A DNA stretch of 64,000 nt from assembly GCA_002687935.1 (NCBI GenBank), contig NZBN01000006.1, positions 4,144-68,143 of the forward strand, written 5' to 3'. Made by a program: the position numbers and the translations under genes. Under the pieces are notes generated by a model that was not told where the DNA came from, did not search any database, and saw only the letters and a list, made by a program, of their open reading frames with translations. This DNA comes from Methanobacteriota archaeon. GTDB taxonomy: Archaea; Undinarchaeota; Undinarchaeia; Undinarchaeales; Undinarchaeaceae. Below are positions 46,171 to 53,277 of this stretch, piece after piece. Every line of letters starts with the position of its first letter. Within the stretch, counting starts at the first letter, position 1.

Positions 46171-47442
46171 ATGATTGATATCAGCCTCCTCAGAGACAAT
46201 CCTGAGCTTTTCAAGGACGACCTCCGCAAGAGAAAAGAACCACAAAACATAATCGACGATGTCCTAAAACTCGACAAGGAATGGAGAAATCTTCTTACAG
46301 ACCGAGACAATCTCAAAGCAGAGAGGAACACGGTAAATCTTGAGATAGCGAAGCTCAAACAGGCCAAAAAGCCAGCAGAAAAGGAAATAAAGGCAATGCA
46401 AGCTATCGCTTCAAAAATCAAGAAGGCAGATGAAAAAACCGAGAAAAAACTCACAGAACGTGATGAACTTCTCTACACACTCCCAAATTTAATGCACGAT
46501 TCCGTCCCCCCTGGAGAAGACGACAAGGACAATGTAGTCATAAAAACAATCGGGAAAAAAACTACAATAAAAAAACCCCTAGACCACATAGACCTTGGTT
46601 TGAAACACAATCTTTTTGACACAGAAAGAGCCGCAAAAACTTCCGGGGCAAGATTCTACTTCCTAAAAAACGAAGGCGCCGAACTTGAAATGGCTCTTGC
46701 TCAGTACGCAATGAAAACCCTCATAGAAGAGGGTTTTACTCCAATGATTCCACCAGTCTTAGTAAGAGAAGAGGTAATGTACGGCGTCGGTATGCTTCCC
46801 AAGTCCAGAAATGAGATTTTCAAAATAGAAAATGAAGACCTCTACCTCGTTCTTACAGCAGAGCACGCCATCGGCGGCTACCTAATGAATGAAAGCTTCG
46901 AAAAGACAGAGCTTCCAATTCGTCTCGCTGGTCTTTCAAGTTGCTTTCGCACAGAAGCGGGAAGCCACGGTCGAGACACAAAAGGAATCTTCAGAGTTCA
47001 CCAGTTTCAAAAAGTTGAGATGTTTTCATTCACAGAGCCCGAAAAGTCCTGGAAGGAACACGAAAAACTCCTTGCAGTAGCCGAAAAACTGGTAAAGGAC
47101 CTCAAAATCCCTTACAGAGTTGTAAACATCTGCACAGGAGATTTGGGAAATATCGCATCAAAGAAATACGACATAGAAGCATGGCTTCCTGGACAGGGCA
47201 AGTACAGAGAAATAATTTCCTGCAGTAATTGCACAGACTACCAGGCACGTCGACTCAATATCAAATACAGACCCCAACCCGGAGATAAGGGAATACCTAT
47301 CCACACCCTTAACAGTACAGCTCTAGCCCTCGGAAGAACAATCGTCGCAATTCTCGAAAACCACCAGCAAGCAGATGGAACAATAAAAGTTCCAAAAGTT
47401 CTTCATCCCTACATGTCAACAAAAGTAATTGGCAAGAAATAA
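46171..47442 (+). CDS. serS: seryl-tRNA synthetase
   Basis: 423 aa. N-terminal coiled-coil arm. Class II motifs (FRTEAGSHGRDTKGIFRVHQF, GRTIVAILENHQ). Confidence 0.95.
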   Translation: MIDISLLRDNPELFKDDLRKRKEPQNIIDDVLKLDKEWRNLLTDRDNLKAERNTVNLEIAKLKQAKKPAEKEIKAMQAIASKIKKADEKTEKKLTERDELLYTLPNLMHDSVPPGEDDKDNVVIKTIGKKTTIKKPLDHIDLGLKHNLFDTERAAKTSGARFYFLKNEGAELEMALAQYAMKTLIEEGFTPMIPPVLVREEVMYGVGMLPKSRNEIFKIENEDLYLVLTAEHAIGGYLMNESFEKTELPIRLAGLSSCFRTEAGSHGRDTKGIFRVHQFQKVEMFSFTEPEKSWKEHEKLLAVAEKLVKDLKIPYRVVNICTGDLGNIASKKYDIEAWLPGQGKYREIISCSNCTDYQARRLNIKYRPQPGDKGIPIHTLNSTALALGRTIVAILENHQQADGTIKVPKVLHPYMSTKVIGKK

Positions 47443-47464
47443 AAATTCTCCACGTTTGAGCGAA

Positions 47465-48082
47465 ATGAACAATCAGGAAAAATTAGAGCAGATACGGAAA
47501 AACATTCTTGAAAACACAAACTTGGCTCTCAGAGAAAGCGCCGCAAATCTCGTCTTCGGAAAAGGAAATTCAGATGCTGAAATACTTATAATCGGCGAAG
47601 CTCCCGGAGAAAAAGAGGACTTACAAGGAATTCCTTTCGTCGGCAGAGCCGGAAAAGAGCTCGATAAACTTCTTCACATGATAAATATCTCTCTCGAAGA
47701 GGTTTACATCGCTAATATTCTAAAATACAGACCTCCAAAGAACCGAGATCCGAAGCAAAGCGAAATAGAAGAACATACTCCTTACTTAATAGAACAAATA
47801 ATGGCAATCCAGCCAAAAGTGATAGTAACTCTCGGCAATTTCGCAACAAAATTCGTCCTCGCCGGCTTTGACTCAAATAAAATGAAGGAAATAGAGGGAA
47901 TCGCAAAAGTCCGAGGAACTCCAGTCAAAATTTCTCTTGGCAACAGCAAATTCACAGTAATTCCAATCTACCACCCCGCTGCTATACTCTATAGACCTGC
48001 CTGGAGAGAACAGCTGGAGAAAGATTTCCAAAAAATTGGACAAGTTCTCCAGGAAAAAGATAAGTACCGTGGTGAACAATAG
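47465..48082 (+). CDS. udg: family-4-like uracil-DNA glycosylase, cysteine-free
   Basis: GEAPGEKED and PFVGRAG motifs, HPAA near the C-terminus. Starts at the ATG at 47465. The ORF track uses TTG at 47429. Confidence 0.8.
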   Translation: MNNQEKLEQIRKNILENTNLALRESAANLVFGKGNSDAEILIIGEAPGEKEDLQGIPFVGRAGKELDKLLHMINISLEEVYIANILKYRPPKNRDPKQSEIEEHTPYLIEQIMAIQPKVIVTLGNFATKFVLAGFDSNKMKEIEGIAKVRGTPVKISLGNSKFTVIPIYHPAAILYRPAWREQLEKDFQKIGQVLQEKDKYRGEQ

Positions 48083-48087
48083 AAATT

Positions 48088-48189
48088 ATGAGTATTGACC
48101 TGCTTGCCTACGCAATATTTTCCGGAAAATTAATTCTCTTCGTCATATTTTTCGCCATAGGACTCTCCTTTCTCAAATTATTCAAATAA
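48088..48189 (+). CDS. possible 33-aa hydrophobic mini-protein (MSIDLLAYAIFSGKLILFVIFFAIGLSFLKLFK)
   Basis: Unlisted ORF filling the udg-downstream gap, with a single TM-like segment. No other support. Confidence 0.2.
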   Translation: MSIDLLAYAIFSGKLILFVIFFAIGLSFLKLFK

Positions 48190-48199
48190 AAAGAAATTA

Positions 48200-48547
48200 T
48201 CATTTCTGCAAGTGCTTCGGATTTTCCTTATGGTGAGTTCTTAAACCACCACTAAACTTCTTAGGAATATGCTTTAGTTCATGTATCAAAACATTATCCT
48301 GCCTCTCTTTCGAAAGCTTGTCATATCTTTCAGAGAGAACTTCTATAACATAACGTGGCGGCATAAAGAGAGCCATCTGCCAAATTTTCGGAAAACTCCA
48401 GATTCTAGCCAATATTCTCTCTGATTTTGAGCCACGGCTCCGGAAGCAATATATTTTGCTTGGATCCACATTTGCAAAGCCCTGCTCCGCGATAAGCTCA
48501 ACAAGTCGCCTTTTCACATCAGGAGCCGGCTCATACGCAATAACCAT
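48200..48547 (-). CDS. small predicted Zn metallopeptidase (HExxH)
   Basis: The LIHELKH motif, with further His residues downstream. Starts at the ATG at 48547. The ORF track uses TTG at 48562. Confidence 0.5.
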   Translation of the reverse strand: MVIAYEPAPDVKRRLVELIAEQGFANVDPSKIYCFRSRGSKSERILARIWSFPKIWQMALFMPPRYVIEVLSERYDKLSKERQDNVLIHELKHIPKKFSGGLRTHHKENPKHLQK

Positions 48548-48600
48548 AAAAGCAATTAGCAATACTGAAATATATAAGTGAGGAATCTATAGTCCTAGCT

Positions 48601-49641
48601 ATGGTAGCAGCTTCAGACTTAATATTGGCGGCTGGAAATGAATACATACAATCCGCATTTTATGCGATGCTTACTGTCTTTGCCGCAATAGCTATGCGAT
48701 ATCTTACCGGAACACTCCTTGGAACCTTCCTTGGAAAGTTTGGCAGAGGCCGCGTCCTCGTAGCCAAAGTTGGTTCAATTCTTTCATTCATTATTCTCCT
48801 CTTCGGTCTCAGCGCGTCACTCTCACCACTCACAGTACTTGCACCTTATCTGTTACTTATCAATAAAATAATCCACACAATAATTGTTATAATTGCTATC
48901 AGAGTTGCAATGCTACTCTCCGACAAGGCAATAGACCGCTGGATAAAGAAGTGGGCTGAAAAATCAGAGGACACGACAGATGACCAAATAATCGCACTCC
49001 TTCACAAACTGACAAAAGCTATTGGAATAATAATTGCAGGTGTAATAATTCTTGATGTATGGGGGGCAGATATAGGTCCTCTACTAGCATCTCTGGGAAT
49101 CGCCGGTCTTGCAATCGCCTTCGCTATGCAGAGCACCCTCGGAAATCTCTTCGGTGGCGTTTCAATTATAGTCGACCGCTCTGTCAGACCAGGAGACGTA
49201 GTCGAAATTGACACAACAATGGGAACTGTCGAGGACGTCGGACTTAGAAGCACAAGAATAAGGACTTTCACAAATGAGCTTATCGTCATACCAAACGGAC
49301 AGGTAGCCGATGCAAAAATCATAAATCACATTCTCCCAAGCAAGAGAGTTCGACTTGACATCCCCCTCGGCGTTGCATATGGCAGTGATGTAGAAAAAGT
49401 CAAGAAAACAGTTCTCAAATCACTTGAAGGAATTGATAATGTCCTAAAAGAGCCAAAACCAATGGTAAGGTTCACCAATATGGGAGACAGCGCCTTGGAA
49501 TTCAAAGTTTACATTTGGATAAACCGTTTCCAGAACAAATTCCTTGTAAAAGACATTGCAAATACTACAATTTACAAAGCTCTAAACAAAGCAAAGATAG
49601 CAATACCATTCCCACAGATGGACGTGCATCTTAAAAAATGA
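48601..49641 (+). CDS. mscS: MscS-family mechanosensitive channel
   Basis: 346 aa. N-terminal TM segments, pore helix followed by the beta domain (GDVVEIDTTMGTVEDVGLRSTRIRT). Confidence 0.85.
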   Translation: MVAASDLILAAGNEYIQSAFYAMLTVFAAIAMRYLTGTLLGTFLGKFGRGRVLVAKVGSILSFIILLFGLSASLSPLTVLAPYLLLINKIIHTIIVIIAIRVAMLLSDKAIDRWIKKWAEKSEDTTDDQIIALLHKLTKAIGIIIAGVIILDVWGADIGPLLASLGIAGLAIAFAMQSTLGNLFGGVSIIVDRSVRPGDVVEIDTTMGTVEDVGLRSTRIRTFTNELIVIPNGQVADAKIINHILPSKRVRLDIPLGVAYGSDVEKVKKTVLKSLEGIDNVLKEPKPMVRFTNMGDSALEFKVYIWINRFQNKFLVKDIANTTIYKALNKAKIAIPFPQMDVHLKK

Positions 49642-50435
49642 GCCCAAATAACAAGGCAGAGGATTTTATGACAAAGAATCCGGAGACTATAAGTCCGGAT
49701 GCAGTCTTAGAAGAGATTCTTCCTAAAATGAAAGAAAGAAGACGTGACGGTCTTCTCGTCGTCAAGGGAAAAAACCTAGTCGGCATACTATTTTACGTTG
49801 ACACACTTCTTCAGAGTCCAAAAACAAAGGTCAGTGAAGTAATGGAGAAGAAAGTCGTTGCGGTCCCTCCTGAAATGGATATGCAGGGTGTTGCAAGACT
49901 GATGTTCAGAAGGGGTTTTTCACGACTCCCTGTCGTTGATGAAAAAGGAAAACTTCTCGGACTTTTAAGAAACTATGATGTCATAAGAGCAAGTATAGAG
50001 CGCGTAACTCCTAGAAAAATAGAAACAACAAAAAAAATGATTTCCAGCGTCCACAAAATTGAAATATCTATAAAGAAGGATGAGATAAAAATTGAAACTC
50101 TCTTACCAACCCAGTCCAAAGTATACCTTGACGAACTCAGAGCCCGAGAATACGAACTACAAAAGGGACTTGCAGAACCAATTCTCATTATCAGAAATGG
50201 CTCCAGGGAAATTTTAGTCGACGGTCATCATCGTGTTGTCGCTGCTACAAATCTCGGAATCAAAACCATGAAAGCCCATGTTATAATCCCTGACAAAGAA
50301 ATATCACTCGGTCTTGAAAAAAGCGCTGCAAAACAGGGCCTCAAAAGTGCAAAAGATATTGAAATTGTCGATGGATATTCTCCTTATGCCTTGCCTCTAG
50401 TTCTCGAAGACGGCGAGGTGAAAAAACTTGTCTAA
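49638..50435 (+). CDS. CBS-pair domain fused to ParB/sulfiredoxin-like domain
   Basis: 265 aa. The N-terminal CBS pair is followed by a C-terminal ParB-N-like box (ILVDGHHRVVAA). Confidence 0.65.
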   Translation: MSPNNKAEDFMTKNPETISPDAVLEEILPKMKERRRDGLLVVKGKNLVGILFYVDTLLQSPKTKVSEVMEKKVVAVPPEMDMQGVARLMFRRGFSRLPVVDEKGKLLGLLRNYDVIRASIERVTPRKIETTKKMISSVHKIEISIKKDEIKIETLLPTQSKVYLDELRAREYELQKGLAEPILIIRNGSREILVDGHHRVVAATNLGIKTMKAHVIIPDKEISLGLEKSAAKQGLKSAKDIEIVDGYSPYALPLVLEDGEVKKLV

Positions 50436-51177
50436 ATTTTCCATCCTCTACCGAGAGGATACTGCATCACTAAACATTTTCGAGCATTGCTCAGAAATAG
50501 GTCTCAAAGACCTCTGTTTAAAAGTTGAAAAAGAGGTAATGTTCATAGATGAGCCTAAGTCCTCAGCTGAAGTTTTCATAGTGGCTTCCAGTCACTTCAG
50601 TTCCGCAGGAAACCCAGCTCTTGTAACACATCCAACAGGAAACTGGGGTAAAGCAGAACTTGGCGGAGAAGAACGAAATCTCTCCTACACTTATCCAGCC
50701 GGTCAGAAAAAAGGTCTACAACAGTTTGCTCAAAATCCTTTGGAAGGCTTCGAAGTATCTATGGAAGTTACTCATCACGGTCCGACAAAGTGGAAAAAAC
50801 CATTATTTTTCATAGAAATAGGAAGCTCAGAACGAGAATGGAAAATAAAAAAGGCCGGTGAGCTAGTAGCATCTGCAATTTCAGAAATAATAGACGACTC
50901 TGATGAATACGACAATGCAGTAGCTTTCGGTGGAACACACTACTGTCCCAGCTTCAACAGAATACAAATAGAAAACCCCAATATTGCAATAGGACATATT
51001 GCCCCCAGATATGCTTCTGAATTTCTCACGGAAGAAATAATTTTAGAAGCAGTTACAAAAAGCAGTGCAGAAATTGCAATAATTGACTGGAAGGGTCTCA
51101 AAAGTGAGGCACGAAAAAAAGTACTTTCAACACTCGAAGCCTCTGGAATAGAATGGAAAAAGACTTCAGAACTGTAG
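50428..51177 (+). CDS. dtdA: D-aminoacyl-tRNA deacylase, archaeal type (DTD2)
   Basis: 249 aa. The MEVTHHGPT block is typical of DtdA. The apparent start is TTG. Confidence 0.7.
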   Translation: MSKFSILYREDTASLNIFEHCSEIGLKDLCLKVEKEVMFIDEPKSSAEVFIVASSHFSSAGNPALVTHPTGNWGKAELGGEERNLSYTYPAGQKKGLQQFAQNPLEGFEVSMEVTHHGPTKWKKPLFFIEIGSSEREWKIKKAGELVASAISEIIDDSDEYDNAVAFGGTHYCPSFNRIQIENPNIAIGHIAPRYASEFLTEEIILEAVTKSSAEIAIIDWKGLKSEARKKVLSTLEASGIEWKKTSEL

Positions 51178-51210
51178 GTTTTTATACAGGGAGAACCACC
51201 CAATATCTGC

Positions 51211-51283
51211 AGCCCCGTGGTGTAGTGGTCAATCATACCGGGTTTTGGTCCCGGCGACCTCGGTTCGAATCCGAGCGGGGCTA
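51211..51283 (+). tRNA. tRNA-Gln (anticodon TTG)
   Basis: Acceptor AGCCCCG/CGGGGCT. Anticodon stem CCGGG/CCCGG with loop TTTTGGT. T-arm CTCGG-TTCGAAT-CCGAG. Confidence 0.9.
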
Positions 51284-51288
51284 TTCAA

Positions 51289-51531
51289 ATGAAACTGTAC
51301 ATATACGAAACATGCCCCTACTGTATGAAAGTTAGAACTGCAATGAAGGAGCTTGGCTATGAGGAAGGAAAGGATATACTTCTTCTTGATGCCAGTCAGG
51401 AAGAAAATGCAAACAAACTCGTCGAACTCGGCGGAAAGCTCCAAGTTCCCTTCCTCGTAGATGGGGAAAGAATGATGTATGAAAGTTCTGCCATAGTGGA
51501 GTATCTTCGTGAAAAGAAAAATCAAAATTGA
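51289..51531 (+). CDS. grx: glutaredoxin-like protein
   Basis: 80 aa. CPYC active site at residues 9-12 and GG..VP near the C-terminus. Confidence 0.85.
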   Translation: MKLYIYETCPYCMKVRTAMKELGYEEGKDILLLDASQEENANKLVELGGKLQVPFLVDGERMMYESSAIVEYLREKKNQN

Positions 51532-52603
51532 TGTAGAGGTTATATGGGACGCTGTAGAAATGCCCAAGCCTCTCCGAACGCACTGCAAAACTGTCAAAAA
51601 AAGCTGTGACAAAGTCATAGAGACCTTAGAAGCCCGCGGAATTTATCCTGACAAAGAAATTGTAAATTATGGTGCTCTTCTCCACGATGTCGGAAGAGTC
51701 ATAGACGGTGGCGTAAGACAAGGACTTGAGGGTTACAATATACTTCTTGAACTCGGCGTCCCCGAAGAAATAGCACTCTGTGCAAGAAACCACGTCGGTT
51801 CTGGAATCCCAAAAGAGGAAGCAGTTGAAAAAGGACTGCCTGAGGAAGATTTCATACCTGAAACACTTGAGCAAAAAATAGTCGCCTATGGCGACAATCT
51901 TGTGGCCTTTGACAAAATAACAAACTATTCTGAATTCAGAGCCGGTTTTGTAGAAAAATTTGGAGAAGTTTCAACACAGGTTGCAATGAGCGACCTTCTC
52001 CACTCTGAATTGACTGATTTCATAAGTCGTGATGAAATGCTAAATATAGAAAAAGCCGCCGAAATTCCAGTCCGCCAGCTTATGGACAATGTTGGAAAAG
52101 AAATCGCCAAAATTATAGATGGAAAATTCAGTGTCGAAGGGAAAAACATAGAAATTTACTGCGGTCCGGGAAATAATGGAGGGGACGGTTATTCAGCAGC
52201 ACTCTATCTTAAAGAAAAAGGTGCAAATATTGAAATTTTATCCTTTGGAAATCCAAAAAGCCCAGAGTCAAAGGACTTCAAAAGTTTATCGCTTGAAAAA
52301 AACATAAATCTCGCACTAGTTCTCAATTCAAAAGACCTTGCAACACCAGAAGCAGACATAATTATTGACTGCCTTCTCGGAACTGGATTAGAGGGTCCTG
52401 TAAAAGAGCCAATAAAGAGCGCAATATCTAAAATAAACAATTCAAGTGCAGTCATCGTCTCTGTCGATGTACCTTCCGGAATAGGAAGCAAAGTCCACGT
52501 AAATCCTGATTTGACTCTTGCTCTTCACAAAATAAAAAGAAAAATGGTCGGCTTCGGAAAAGTCGGCGATACATTAATCCTCAACATGGGAATTGAAAAC
52601 TAA
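51509..52603 (+). CDS. HD-domain protein fused to YjeF_N (NAD(P)H-hydrate epimerase) domain
   Basis: The N-terminal half carries LLHDVGR...NHVGSG...YGDNLV (HD, TIGR00295-like). The C-terminal half carries YCGPGNNGGDGYSAA (YjeF_N). An alternative ATG at 51560 avoids the overlap with grx. Confidence 0.7.
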   Translation: MKRKIKIDVEVIWDAVEMPKPLRTHCKTVKKSCDKVIETLEARGIYPDKEIVNYGALLHDVGRVIDGGVRQGLEGYNILLELGVPEEIALCARNHVGSGIPKEEAVEKGLPEEDFIPETLEQKIVAYGDNLVAFDKITNYSEFRAGFVEKFGEVSTQVAMSDLLHSELTDFISRDEMLNIEKAAEIPVRQLMDNVGKEIAKIIDGKFSVEGKNIEIYCGPGNNGGDGYSAALYLKEKGANIEILSFGNPKSPESKDFKSLSLEKNINLALVLNSKDLATPEADIIIDCLLGTGLEGPVKEPIKSAISKINNSSAVIVSVDVPSGIGSKVHVNPDLTLALHKIKRKMVGFGKVGDTLILNMGIEN

Positions 52604-53277
52604 TTTTTCTCAGAAAGAACATACAAATCTTCAAAAAGATTTTCCTGAGACAGCTTTATTCTACTTTCATTTGCCAGATGTAAAAGAGGCATTAGAGTAT
52701 TTATCATATCTTCCCTGTTCTTGGAAGGTAATAGCTCATCAAAGTGTATTTTTCCTCCCTCACTTTCCATTATTTTCTTATAGAGTGCCTCTATCTGCTC
52801 AGTTATATCAATTTCATCAAAAACCAGAACAAAGGGCTCTATCTTCACTTTCTTCTCTTTAGGTCTCATAGAAACCTCCAATTTCCCTATAAGGTCTTCA
52901 AGCGTTACCTTTCTGAGATGCTTTCTCTTAGTGATTAAAGTAAGAAGAGGAACTTCCTCACTCGGTCCGCTCTCTTCTTCTTCATCTCCAAACAAAAAGT
53001 CTTCATCACCACTAAGAAGCTCCTCATACGCTTCCCTTTCTTCAGCATCAACTAACCTGTCTGATTTCATCCTAAGAAGAATAGCCGCCGCCAAAAGAAG
53101 TCTTGCCGGAACCTTGAGGTCAAACTCTTTCATCTCGTTTATTCTTTCTGTATATTTTTCAGTAAGCCGAGATATGTCAATATCCCAGGGGTCCAGATTT
53201 TCCGAGCGCACAATATCCAGAAGAACATATTCCCAGGCACGTTCACTCTGCAATATCTGATCCAGATTAAGTTCCAT
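52600..53277 (-). CDS. scpA: segregation and condensation protein A (kleisin ScpA)
   Basis: 225 aa. DPWDIDISRLTEKY and LLLAAAILLRMKS blocks. 1-nt TAATG overlap with smc. Confidence 0.8.
   Translation of the reverse strand: MELNLDQILQSERAWEYVLLDIVRSENLDPWDIDISRLTEKYTERINEMKEFDLKVPARLLLAAAILLRMKSDRLVDAEEREAYEELLSGDEDFLFGDEEEESGPSEEVPLLTLITKRKHLRKVTLEDLIGKLEVSMRPKEKKVKIEPFVLVFDEIDITEQIEALYKKIMESEGGKIHFDELLPSKNREDMINTLMPLLHLANESRIKLSQENLFEDLYVLSEKN

Noticed and set aside
46143-46454. 103-aa minus-strand ORF antisense to the serS 5' region
   Set aside because: It is the mirror frame of a strongly supported serS coding sequence, and its Ser/Leu/Phe-rich composition is typical of antisense artefacts.
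51153-51618. ORFs 51153-51335 (+), 51229-51618 (-) and 51332-51583 (-)
   Set aside because: They overlap the tRNA-Gln gene and the well-supported glutaredoxin CDS. They have no motifs.
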